Positions 1 to 8,939 of a stretch of 52,895 nucleotides of DNA are shown here, piece after piece. Source of the DNA: Acholeplasmataceae bacterium UBA6190 (lineage in GTDB: Bacteria; Bacillota_I; Bacilli_A; Acholeplasmatales; Acholeplasmataceae). The notes under the pieces were generated by a model. That model saw nothing but the letters and a program-made list of their open reading frames with translations. It searched no databases and had not been told where the DNA came from. Every line of letters begins with the position of its first letter. Positions within the stretch are counted from its first letter, which is position 1. The stretch lies in the NCBI GenBank assembly GCA_002422045.1, contig DITG01000051.1:4890-57784 (forward strand), given 5' to 3'. The position numbers were made by a program, and so were the translations under genes.

Positions 1-371
1 GAGAAAAACCCCGTCATCTGTTTACCTTTCAACTGGCAACTCGAAATCATTAGCCAAGGACCATGACAGATTGCAGCAATCGGTTTTTTTTGCTGATCAA
101 AAGCCTTCACAAAGTCAACGGTTGCCTGTGTACGGCGCATATAGTCAGGAGAAAAACCACCTGGAATGATCACAGCATCATAATCATTTACCGATACTTC
201 CTTGCTGGCATAGTCACTTTTCATGAGCAGACCAAACTTACTCTTGTAATTGACACCCTTTTCAGCGCCAATCAAATCGACGACAAACCCCTCTTCAAGC
301 ATTCTGTAATAGGGATAAATCAATTCTTTGTCATCAAACAAATCTTCAACTAAAATTGCAATTCTTTTCAT
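1..371 (-). CDS. PfpI/DJ-1 family (class I glutamine amidotransferase-like) protein, truncated at window start
   Basis: Not in the ORF track. Manual translation from the ATG at 371 gives MKRIAILVEDLFDDKELIYPYY...YDAVIIPGGFSPDYMR...KPIAAICHGPWLM, with the E and PGG motifs and the nucleophile-elbow ICHG. RBS AAGGAG upstream. Confidence 0.9.
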   Translation of the reverse strand, partial: MKRIAILVEDLFDDKELIYPYYRMLEEGFVVDLIGAEKGVNYKSKFGLLMKSDYASKEVSVNDYDAVIIPGGFSPDYMRRTQATVDFVKAFDQQKKPIAAICHGPWLMISSCQLKGKQMTGFF

Positions 372-407
372 AAATTACACACTCCTTTTGATGATTGATT
401 GTTTATA

Positions 408-1172
408 CTAAGCTAATAAAATGCCTAAGAAGATAAACCATGCCAAGATGGACTTCCCAAACAAACTTAACCACACATACATACGTTCGCCATAGACATA
501 TGATTTCCATCGACCCACTTGCTTGTATTGTAAGTATTGATTGATTGCAAACAAGTTAAACACGAGAAAGTAGAAGAGTAATCCAGGAATCACAAACCAG
601 GGCAGTAAAGACAGATCTCCATTATTGAGCATATAAATGACAATCAATAACCAAGGTGCAAGACCAGCAATCCATCCAAACCAATGCGCTGTCCAATCTG
701 TTGTTTTCCTACTGATTGGATTCATTTTTTCCATCAATAGACCAAAGAGATTCATGAGGGCATTGACGATAAAAATCAGGATAACCGCTTCGATGGTCAA
801 TAGACCGAACATCGCAGCCAGCAAAACAATCATAATCGATGAAGAAATTGCGTATTCATACCATCTTAAAGGATTGATCCCTTGTTCGATGCCTTCTAGA
901 TAACGTTTTTGATAAGGTCCAGAGATTACGAAATGGAAACCGGCACTCAATAACAGGAATAACCCAACCAATAAACCAAAGGGCAAGTCAAACAAGGCTT
1001 GTGTGACCGGACCATATCCCCCACCTTCATAAACTTCAAAGAAGCGACCAAAGATGGTCGGTCTGAAATCTTTGAAAACATCAACAGTCAGTGACAAGAT
1101 CAAAATAGCAGTACCCTGTATCAAATGCAAAAAACCCATGTTTCGATTAAAAGTGATGAGACGATGTTTCAT
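408..1172 (-). CDS. Heliorhodopsin
   Basis: 7-TM protein with HeR motifs GFLHLIQG, SAGFH, NPLRWYEYAISSSIM, FGLLME and GERMYVWLSLFGKSILAW (retinal-binding Lys). Start placed at ATG 1172 after GGAGG. Confidence 0.93.
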   Translation of the reverse strand: MKHRLITFNRNMGFLHLIQGTAILILSLTVDVFKDFRPTIFGRFFEVYEGGGYGPVTQALFDLPFGLLVGLFLLLSAGFHFVISGPYQKRYLEGIEQGINPLRWYEYAISSSIMIVLLAAMFGLLTIEAVILIFIVNALMNLFGLLMEKMNPISRKTTDWTAHWFGWIAGLAPWLLIVIYMLNNGDLSLLPWFVIPGLLFYFLVFNLFAINQYLQYKQVGRWKSYVYGERMYVWLSLFGKSILAWFIFLGILLA

Positions 1173-1368
1173 TGTTTCCTCCAAGTTTGATCACTGATGA
1201 ATAAGGTCAATATATGACAGTTCAGTGTGATCTACTGCTCACATCTTATCATGCTTTGCTCTCATCCTGAAGGTGACTGCTCAACGATGGTAGAATATGT
1301 GAGAATGACTTAAAAACGACGAAATACATGTCTCAAGATTCATCCATTGTACGCTGCACGATTGCATT

Positions 1369-1377
1369 TGCTATAAT
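1369..1377 (+). promoter_or_regulatory. Extended -10 promoter (TGcTATAAT) of the SDR gene
   Basis: TG-c-TATAAT ends 16 nt upstream of ATG 1394. Confidence 0.6.
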
Positions 1378-1393
1378 AAATCGAGGTGTTCAA

Positions 1394-2209
1394 ATGAAAA
1401 AAATAATCATTACAGGAGTGACATCAGGTATAGGCCGTGCTTTAATGTTACGTTTCAATCAAGAAGGCCACTATGTCATCGGCATTGCAAGAAACAAAGA
1501 AAAACTGAACGGTTTACGGACAGAGCTTTTGGGCTCTTTTGAATTGATTGAAGCGGATCTGGGGAAAACCCAAGATATCATCAAAGCTGCCACATACATC
1601 AAATCTAAACATCAAGCCATCGATGTGTTGATCAATAATGCGGCGATGGTTCCCGGACACTTGATGATGAGCGATGAAGGTCACGAGATGCAGTTTCAGG
1701 TCAACCATCTTGCTGTGGTATCCATGACGCATCAGTTGTTGCCCTTGCTTATCCAAACTAAAGGCATCATCATCACGACTGCAAGTGATGCACACCGTCC
1801 AGCAAGATATCATGCCAGTCACTTGGAGCGACTCCAAAAGTACAGTTTAATGGCATCATATAGCGAAACCAAACTGTACAATATCTTATTCACAAAGGGG
1901 TTCAACGCCCATGTGGCGAATCAGACAAACGTTAAGGCGTTTGCTGTTCATCCAGGATTGGTCAACACCGATTTGGGTGGCAAGGAAACACAAGGGTTCA
2001 TGCAAAAGGTATGGCGATTCATGGCAAGACGCGGTATCAGACCCGAACAGGCGACTCAAACTTATGCAGATATCATCAATGGTCTGATTGTTGATGATTA
2101 TGTGAGCAAATCTCAGCCCATCAAAGCTTCAAAAACAGCGTCCAATGTCGAAAACATGCAAGACTTATGGAAAAAGACAAACGAGATATTAAACATCGAA
2201 TGGGTATAA
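1394..2209 (+). CDS. Short-chain dehydrogenase/reductase, retinol-dehydrogenase-like subgroup
   Basis: TGVTSGIG, INNAA, FQVNHL, YSETK (YxxxK) and VHPGLVNT. Start MKKIII after GAGGTG. Confidence 0.88.
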   Translation: MKKIIITGVTSGIGRALMLRFNQEGHYVIGIARNKEKLNGLRTELLGSFELIEADLGKTQDIIKAATYIKSKHQAIDVLINNAAMVPGHLMMSDEGHEMQFQVNHLAVVSMTHQLLPLLIQTKGIIITTASDAHRPARYHASHLERLQKYSLMASYSETKLYNILFTKGFNAHVANQTNVKAFAVHPGLVNTDLGGKETQGFMQKVWRFMARRGIRPEQATQTYADIINGLIVDDYVSKSQPIKASKTASNVENMQDLWKKTNEILNIEWV

Positions 2210-2227
2210 CAACAGAATTAGTGTATC

Positions 2228-2255
2228 AAAAAAAACTCTGTTTCAGAGTTTTTTT
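2228..2255. terminator. Bidirectional intrinsic terminator
   Basis: A8-CTCTG-ttt-CAGAG-T7 between convergent genes. Confidence 0.8.
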
Positions 2256-2293
2256 GTTTGTATCAGCCATGAAGGTCATGGATTGAATAAATT

Positions 2294-3202
2294 TTAAAAT
2301 TTGTAAGCACCATGGTGATCCCAAAGACCCCAATAGGCACCGTACTCGCCTTCTTCATCAGTTTTCCATGATTCATCGAAAGATGAGAAGTAGAAGATGC
2401 TAATGTTTTGTTCTTTGGCCCAGGTGTATGTATCCACAAAATATCTGGCTGCATGTTCATATGAAGGCAGAGCATCCCCAAAGGCTTCTCCTTTGGTCGG
2501 CCAACCTGTTTCTGAAATGATCACTTCTTTATCCTGAGAAACTTTTTTGACAAAGGCATACATTTCTTTCATGTAGCTGACCGCATGTTCCAAATCGCAT
2601 TTTTCCCAAAATGGATAGCAGTTGGCGAAAATGACATCACAAACGTCTAGTAGTTTTGGTTCATTGACAAATGTGTAATAAGCGTCTACATATCCTACAG
2701 GAACATGGGGAACCGCTTCTTTGAATCGTTTGAGATAACTCATCAGTAACTCAAGCGGGATATCTTCTCTAAGCATGACTTCATTGCCGATGGCAACCAT
2801 GTCAGCATGACCTTCCTTGGCAATTCTGATGACATTGTCAAGTTCCGCTTCATTCATCTCAAGATCATCGCCAATCCATGCACCGACCAATGTCTTTAAT
2901 CCGTGTCTTTTCGCAATTGGAGCAATCGCCTCATTGCCAAGTGTGCAAGAAAATGTACGAATCCATTTCACATAGGGTTTGATGATTGAAAGTCTAGATT
3001 CGATTTGTTCTGGGGTGATCCAATCAAATTGCGCTGGGTTTTGCTCACCTATGTATGGACTGAAACTGATACCGTGAATCTGCTGATCCAATAGATTTCT
3101 GATTTGTGACTTCAATTGGTCGATACCATGTTTTTTTGATGTCGATGATTCGAGTTGTTTCCGATCGACATTTAAATATTTGATTTTCGTTTGACTGGAC
3201 AT
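2294..3202 (-). CDS. Glycoside hydrolase family 17 (beta-1,3-glucanase-like), no signal peptide
   Basis: GISFSPY, WIRTFS, IGNEVMLR (acid/base Glu), NCYPFWE, ISETGWPT (nucleophile) and FDESWK. Confidence 0.88.
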   Translation of the reverse strand: MSSQTKIKYLNVDRKQLESSTSKKHGIDQLKSQIRNLLDQQIHGISFSPYIGEQNPAQFDWITPEQIESRLSIIKPYVKWIRTFSCTLGNEAIAPIAKRHGLKTLVGAWIGDDLEMNEAELDNVIRIAKEGHADMVAIGNEVMLREDIPLELLMSYLKRFKEAVPHVPVGYVDAYYTFVNEPKLLDVCDVIFANCYPFWEKCDLEHAVSYMKEMYAFVKKVSQDKEVIISETGWPTKGEAFGDALPSYEHAARYFVDTYTWAKEQNISIFYFSSFDESWKTDEEGEYGAYWGLWDHHGAYKF

Positions 3203-3331
3203 TGCTATGCCTCCACCATCCATCATTTAAGTCTATTATAGCATCGAAAATCACTTTTGATGATTTTGTGCAATCCAGTATAGATTCTCATCTGTTCTAT
3301 GAACATATTGAGTCAATACGTGACAATATCA

Positions 3332-3360
3332 TTGACAAATCCATAGGATTCATGTAAAGT
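3332..3360 (+). promoter_or_regulatory. Sigma-70-type promoter of the ABC-F gene
   Basis: TTGACA (3332) - 17 bp - TAAAGT (3355). Confidence 0.6.
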
Positions 3361-3430
3361 ATAAGTGCGAATATGGCCAGAATCGTGCTGACGTTAGCTA
3401 GGCCATTTTTGTTTGTAAAGGGGTTATATC

Positions 3431-5050
3431 ATGATTACAGTTTCAGGCTTGAGTTTGATTTTTTCGGATAAGAAGATTTTCGAAGATGTCAATTTAAAAT
3501 TTTTACCAGGGAATTGCTACGGTGTGATTGGTGCCAATGGTGCAGGAAAATCCACATTTCTTAAACTGCTTTCCGGAGAAAAAGAATCCACTTCAGGACA
3601 AGTCATCATCGAGAAAAATAAGAGACTTGCCTTTTTAAGTCAAAATCAAAATGCATTTGACCATCTGACTGTCTTAGAAACGGTCATCATCGGACATAAG
3701 GAATTATTTGACATCATGCAGGCAAAAGAAGTTATCTACCAGAAAGAAATCATCACCGATCAGGAAGGTTATGAACTGTCCAACTTAGAAGCAGCATTTG
3801 CCGAACTCAATGGTTGGGATGCGGAATCTGATGCTGAAAAACTCTTGAATGGATTGAATGTACCTGCTAGTGAGTTTAATAAAAAGATGAGTGACATTTT
3901 GCCTAAATATAAAGTGAAGGCATTGCTTGCACAGGCGTTATTCGGAAATCCCGATATATTGTTGCTTGACGAACCTACCAATAATCTTGATTTCGAAGCG
4001 ATTGCTTGGCTGGAAAACTTCTTGGTCAACTATGACAATACGGTCATCACTGTATCCCATGATCGCCATTTCTTAAACAACGTGTGTACACACATGGTGG
4101 ATATCGATTATTTCCAGGCGAAATTATATCCAGGAAACTATGATTTCTGGATGGAATCCTCACAACTCATTCAAAGATTGATGACAGACAAAAACAAGAA
4201 GAAAGAAGAACGCATCCAAGAATTGAAGGCGTTCATCGCACGCTTCAGTGCAAATTTGTCCAAATCTTCTCAAGCGACTTCACGAAAGAAGTCGCTGGAA
4301 AAAATTCAACTTGATGAAATCGTTCCATCCTCAAGAAAATATCCTTTCATCGGATTTGAAATCGAAAAACAACTGGGCAAAGATGTTCTTGAAGTGAAAG
4401 ATCTGAGCATCTCTCTCGATGGTCAAAAGTTGTTTTCCAATGTGTCATTTACGATGAGCAGAGGCGATAAGGTCGCATTGCTCGGTGAAAATGATTTGGC
4501 TAAGACAGCGCTGTTAAGAGTATTGGCTGGAGAATTGGAACCGGAAACTGGAACCATCAAATGGGGACAAACGGTCACGAAATCATATTTTCCAAGTGAT
4601 AATGACGCTTATTTTGTCGGAAAGAATCAGAATCTGATCGATTGGCTGAGACAATACTCCAAAGAACCCGCAGAATCGTATATCAGAGGTTTTTTAGGTC
4701 GTATGCTATTCTCTGGTGACCAACCACTCAAATTTGTTAAATATTTGTCAGGTGGCGAAAAAATGCGATGCATGTACTCGAAACTCATGCTCTCTCAAGC
4801 CAATACGCTACTCATCGACTCACCGACCATTCACTTGGATCTGGAAGCCATTCAGGCAGTGAACAAAGGTTTTGAGGAATATAAAGGGTCATTGGTCGTC
4901 GCTTCTCACGACCATAACCTGTTACAGTCTGTCTGTAATAAGATTGTAGAGATCGGTGACTTAGGCGCATTTAGCTATGAAGGCACATTCGATGAATATA
5001 TTGAAAATCTTGATATCAAACAAAGAAGACGTCAACTCTATAAATCCTAA
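3431..5050 (+). CDS. ABC-F family ATPase (YbiT/YkpA-like)
   Basis: Two NBDs, no TM segments. GANGAGKST, LDEPTNNL, SHDRHFLN, linker FIARFSANLSKSSQATSRKK and LSGGEK. Confidence 0.9.
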   Translation: MITVSGLSLIFSDKKIFEDVNLKFLPGNCYGVIGANGAGKSTFLKLLSGEKESTSGQVIIEKNKRLAFLSQNQNAFDHLTVLETVIIGHKELFDIMQAKEVIYQKEIITDQEGYELSNLEAAFAELNGWDAESDAEKLLNGLNVPASEFNKKMSDILPKYKVKALLAQALFGNPDILLLDEPTNNLDFEAIAWLENFLVNYDNTVITVSHDRHFLNNVCTHMVDIDYFQAKLYPGNYDFWMESSQLIQRLMTDKNKKKEERIQELKAFIARFSANLSKSSQATSRKKSLEKIQLDEIVPSSRKYPFIGFEIEKQLGKDVLEVKDLSISLDGQKLFSNVSFTMSRGDKVALLGENDLAKTALLRVLAGELEPETGTIKWGQTVTKSYFPSDNDAYFVGKNQNLIDWLRQYSKEPAESYIRGFLGRMLFSGDQPLKFVKYLSGGEKMRCMYSKLMLSQANTLLIDSPTIHLDLEAIQAVNKGFEEYKGSLVVASHDHNLLQSVCNKIVEIGDLGAFSYEGTFDEYIENLDIKQRRRQLYKS

Positions 5051-5057
5051 AACAAAC

Positions 5058-5086
5058 AAAGCACATCACCACGATGTGCTTTTTTT
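5058..5086 (+). terminator. Intrinsic terminator
   Basis: GCACATC-accac-GATGTGC-T7. Confidence 0.8.
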
Positions 5087-5198
5087 AGGAGAATAAATCA
5101 TGATGATGGTATAGATATTTGGAATGAACCGAATCAAACATGATAGAATGAGGTTATCATGATGAAACATCAGGAGATCATTCATCAAGGAGGCTAAA

Positions 5199-5690
5199 AT
5201 GTCCTACGAAAAGTTAAAATATCAGGTATTGCATCAAGAAAATCAATTTGAAATCAGAAGGTACGATCCGTTCATGATGATGAAAGTGAAACGTACTTCA
5301 AATCAGGGATTTGGTGTATTGTTTCAATACATTTCTGGGTATAATCAGAAACAACAAAAAATCCAGATGACAGTGCCTGTATTGACCGATGTTGAATCCA
5401 AAGACTATATTGCATTCACCATGCCTAAGGAAAATGCCAATGATGCACCACTTCCTCTGGATGCATCGATCGAGATGGTAAAAATTCCTGCCAAGGATTA
5501 TCTATCTCTATCATTTAAAGGTTCTCATCATCACGGGCAAAAAGCACTGAAAACGTTGCAGGCATATGCCCATCTTCATCACATCGAACTGATTGGAGAA
5601 CCCATACTACTCAGATACCAAGGACCATTCACATTACCCTTCATGAAAGACAACGATGTGATTGTCGAAATCAAATCAGTCAATCTATAA
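5199..5690 (+). CDS. SOUL heme-binding family protein
   Basis: YEKLKYQV..FEIRRY, GFGVLFQYISGYN, KIQMTVPV, AFTMP and YQGPFTLPFM. Confidence 0.85.
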   Translation: MSYEKLKYQVLHQENQFEIRRYDPFMMMKVKRTSNQGFGVLFQYISGYNQKQQKIQMTVPVLTDVESKDYIAFTMPKENANDAPLPLDASIEMVKIPAKDYLSLSFKGSHHHGQKALKTLQAYAHLHHIELIGEPILLRYQGPFTLPFMKDNDVIVEIKSVNL

Positions 5691-5694
5691 AGAG

Positions 5695-5725
5695 AACGCA
5701 TGTTTCGATGGAAACATGCGTTTTT
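5695..5725. terminator. Terminator hairpin between convergent SOUL and oxidoreductase genes
   Basis: AACGCATGTTTC-gatg-GAAACATGCGTT-TTT. Confidence 0.8.
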
Positions 5726-5733
5726 GTTTGGCT

Positions 5734-7320
5734 CTATTTTTCAATTTTTAGTCTGCTCATTTTGTTTGCAGCAATCTTCGCGGTGACAATCGATGTGGGA
5801 AATCCGGATGGAGAAAACGACCACTGACTCGCTTGAAAGACATTAGGAAATGGTGTTTGAATCGAGCGAGCAATTTTGAAGAGTTTATGCTCTACAGGAA
5901 TACTGCCTGTAAAAGACCAACCCGTAATCGCTCCACCGGTACTGTTCAAACGGGATTCGATGGTTAAGGGGGTTGCTTCAAAATAGTGGATCACCTTTGA
6001 TTTCCAACCGGGTAACAAAGTCGATTCCAAGATATCGATGATGGATCTTGACAGATGTTTTTTCAAGGTGTCATAAAAACCATGTTCTTGAATCCATTTG
6101 GTCAGATCGTAGTTGAACAACGTACTGATGATGACCGCTGATTTTCCTTCAGGTGCCAAGGAATCATCTCTGACAACAGGAACAGAAATTTCGTAAGTCG
6201 TCAGCCTTGCAAACTCTGTCAACCAATCTGTGAGTATCTGAGCTTGTGTATCTTTGGGTGCTGAGTTCAAAGTGATCATGAGATCTTTTTCGTTAGCACT
6301 CAGTTTTGAGAGACCATCTTTGGTTGGCATATAAAACAGATGACCGGAAAATTTATCCTTGAAATATTCTTTAGGCAAGTCGACGGTCATATACATCTGA
6401 TAAAGCGAATCATTGCCTTTTGCTGCAGCAAGTCTTTGCTTGGTCTCCTGATAAGGAATCTCGGTATTCTCAATGCCGCGATACATCGAATTCAAGTCTC
6501 CACACCACAACAGTGCATCATAAGGATATGCGATATCTTGATGATAGACTTTTTGGTTACTGATATCGATTTTATTCACTTCTGAATCTGTTTTGATGAC
6601 AGCACCCTTGCTTAAGATGAAGTCTCTAATGCCGTTGATGATGGTTCTGGTGCCACCGATTGGGTAATAGTAGTCACTATGCATCTTCAGATAACTTAAT
6701 GCGAAAAAGGCAGGAGTATCGGTGAAAAAGTGTTGGCTGATCGCATCTATCAAATCGGGATTTTGTGTATATTTAGACAAATACTGACGAATTGGTGTTT
6801 TAAGTTTCTCAATTTTTCCAATCGTAAACGTATATTTAAACATCCAGGGGACAATCGTCTTCATGAGATATTTTGCATCTGTCTTGGGATTTAAAAATAA
6901 AGGGTTATCGACATCATAAAGGACTTCCATATACTTTGAAATCTTCTTGATATCTTTAAAAATGGCATGGATTGCTTCCTGATCTTCTGGATACGATACC
7001 AAAAGAAGGTCCTTGTAAGTCTGGTAGTTGTCTTTGGGATCAATCGAGATGATATGATTTTCGATACCCATATCGACGATGTTTCTGACGAAATTGACAT
7101 TGATGCCAAGTTGTCTGAGCATCGGAAACAGAGTTCCTGAGTTTTCTACGCCTCGAATGCCATGATCAAAGACAAAACCATCTCGTCTGAAACTACCGAC
7201 AAGACCACCTAAATCTTCTGATTTCTCTAGCAATGTGACCGAATGACCTTCATTGGATAGATATGCAGCCGCAGTCAATCCAGAAATCCCTGCGCCAACG
7301 ATAACCATTTGTTTTTTCAT
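5734..7320 (-). CDS. CrtI/phytoene desaturase-like (COG1233) FAD-dependent oxidoreductase, copy 2
   Basis: GAGISGLTAA, LEK..GG..GFVFDHG, YYPIGG, D.SLAPEGK, TPLT...GAITGW and QWSFSPSG. Start MKKQM after AGGAG. Confidence 0.85.
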   Translation of the reverse strand: MKKQMVIVGAGISGLTAAAYLSNEGHSVTLLEKSEDLGGLVGSFRRDGFVFDHGIRGVENSGTLFPMLRQLGINVNFVRNIVDMGIENHIISIDPKDNYQTYKDLLLVSYPEDQEAIHAIFKDIKKISKYMEVLYDVDNPLFLNPKTDAKYLMKTIVPWMFKYTFTIGKIEKLKTPIRQYLSKYTQNPDLIDAISQHFFTDTPAFFALSYLKMHSDYYYPIGGTRTIINGIRDFILSKGAVIKTDSEVNKIDISNQKVYHQDIAYPYDALLWCGDLNSMYRGIENTEIPYQETKQRLAAAKGNDSLYQMYMTVDLPKEYFKDKFSGHLFYMPTKDGLSKLSANEKDLMITLNSAPKDTQAQILTDWLTEFARLTTYEISVPVVRDDSLAPEGKSAVIISTLFNYDLTKWIQEHGFYDTLKKHLSRSIIDILESTLLPGWKSKVIHYFEATPLTIESRLNSTGGAITGWSFTGSIPVEHKLFKIARSIQTPFPNVFQASQWSFSPSGFPTSIVTAKIAANKMSRLKIEK

Positions 7321-7343
7321 GACTATACTCCTGATGATGAACA

Positions 7344-8939
7344 TCACTTATTTTTCTTCAGATACCGTTTGGTTGCATCTGAGGCAAGTTTCCCGGTAAT
7401 CACAGAGATTGGGACACCTGCAGGACTGAATGACCACTGACCCGCCTGATAGACATCGGGTAAGTTTGTTTGAATGGATTTGGTGATTTGAGACATATGA
7501 TGCGGTACGGGAATGGGTTGATTGGTATATGACCATCCGATGATTGCACCATCGGTACTGCCAATTCTTTTTTTGAAACTCAAAGGTGTTGAACAAAATG
7601 TTTCAAGGATATGATGTTTCAATTCAGGATAGATGGATGACGATAAGACATCAATCATTTGCTTTTCAACGTAATTTTTGAATGCTGGATAGAACCCTTT
7701 GGCCTCGATATGTTTGATGATGTCATATTCCATGAGAATGGAGATGATCAGACCCGTTTGATGTGGAGGTGCTAGTGACTCATCACGAAGTGCTGGAATT
7801 GAAATCTCATAAGTGTTCAGATTCAAAAAACGATCTAAATGTTCTACGAATGAAGACATATCCTCAGTCTCTGGAAGCACGGCATGATTCAAACCTTGAA
7901 TCTTTGGTGTGTAGAAGAAGTGCCCAGTCGATTTTGATCTGAAGTATTCGGGGTCCAAATCAGAGAGAACATACACTGTCAAAACAGATTCGGCGCCAGT
8001 TTTGCTGCTCAGCTCTTCTTTGCGTTGGGCCACTCTGATTTTAAGTTTAGGTTGGATGATGTCATTTGGATCAATCATCTGGTAGAGTGCATTTAAATCA
8101 GCCGCCCAGATCAGTTTCTGATAGGGATAGACTTGACCTGAAGCATCTTGAACGGTCTTATCTTGAATGGATAATTTTTGAATTTTAGTATCCTTCATGA
8201 TCATACCACCGTGACTGGTGATATACTTTTCCAAAGCCTTAGGAAGTTCACCTGTTCCACCGACTGGATAATGATAATCAAAGTAGATACTGAAGTAACC
8301 GAGTGCAAAGAATGTAGGTGTTCCCTTGAAAAAGTGTTGTGCGATCATATCGATCAATGCCTGATTATCAGTGTACTTTTTCAGGTAAGTTTCAACAGGA
8401 ATAGACAATCTTTCAATATTCAATAAGGTTGGTACGAACTTGAAGAACCATGGGAACAGTGTTTTGATGACATAGGAAGGACGCGATTTCAAATCGATGA
8501 TCATTGGATTTTCAATACCATAGAGAACATCCATGTATTTGAGAATTCGACGAATTTTTTTGACAATTTTCTCAATATCATGTTCATCTTCAGGAAATAG
8601 ATCGACCAGTAAAGACTCATAAGACTTGATATCACGAATATCATTTAAGGTAATCACTTGATCTTGAATACCTAGAGTCACGGGACTTCTTTTGAGTGTA
8701 ACATCCAAGCCCAAATCGCGAATCATCGGCTTGAGTACGCCAGAACTTTCGATCGAACGTATGCCACCATCCAAAACAAATCCTTTGTAGTCAAAAGAAT
8801 TGACCAAACCGCCAATGACATCTTGCTGTTCAATCAACAGTGGATGATATCCATCCTTGGCAAGATAAGCTGCCGCTGTTAGACCGGCAATGCCGCCTCC
8901 AACGATGACAGCATCATAGGGCTTTTGGTCTTTATGCAT
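7344..8939 (-). CDS. CrtI/phytoene desaturase-like (COG1233) FAD-dependent oxidoreductase, copy 1
   Basis: GGGIAGLTAA, GFVLDGG, HYPVGG, DESLAPP, TPLS...GAIIGW and GQWSFSPAG. Collinear with copy 2. Confidence 0.85.
   Translation of the reverse strand: MHKDQKPYDAVIVGGGIAGLTAAAYLAKDGYHPLLIEQQDVIGGLVNSFDYKGFVLDGGIRSIESSGVLKPMIRDLGLDVTLKRSPVTLGIQDQVITLNDIRDIKSYESLLVDLFPEDEHDIEKIVKKIRRILKYMDVLYGIENPMIIDLKSRPSYVIKTLFPWFFKFVPTLLNIERLSIPVETYLKKYTDNQALIDMIAQHFFKGTPTFFALGYFSIYFDYHYPVGGTGELPKALEKYITSHGGMIMKDTKIQKLSIQDKTVQDASGQVYPYQKLIWAADLNALYQMIDPNDIIQPKLKIRVAQRKEELSSKTGAESVLTVYVLSDLDPEYFRSKSTGHFFYTPKIQGLNHAVLPETEDMSSFVEHLDRFLNLNTYEISIPALRDESLAPPHQTGLIISILMEYDIIKHIEAKGFYPAFKNYVEKQMIDVLSSSIYPELKHHILETFCSTPLSFKKRIGSTDGAIIGWSYTNQPIPVPHHMSQITKSIQTNLPDVYQAGQWSFSPAGVPISVITGKLASDATKRYLKKNK

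Noticed and set aside
63..353. 96-aa plus-strand ORF
   Set aside because: Antisense shadow of the PfpI/DJ-1 gene on the minus strand.
5097..5165. Repeated ATCATGATGA upstream of the SOUL gene
   Set aside because: ATCAT/ATGAT words are very frequent throughout this window, so the repeat cannot be distinguished from background.
5734..8939. Calling the two oxidoreductases crtI/crtN
   Set aside because: Only family-level motifs are visible and no phytoene synthase is adjacent; substrate unknown.
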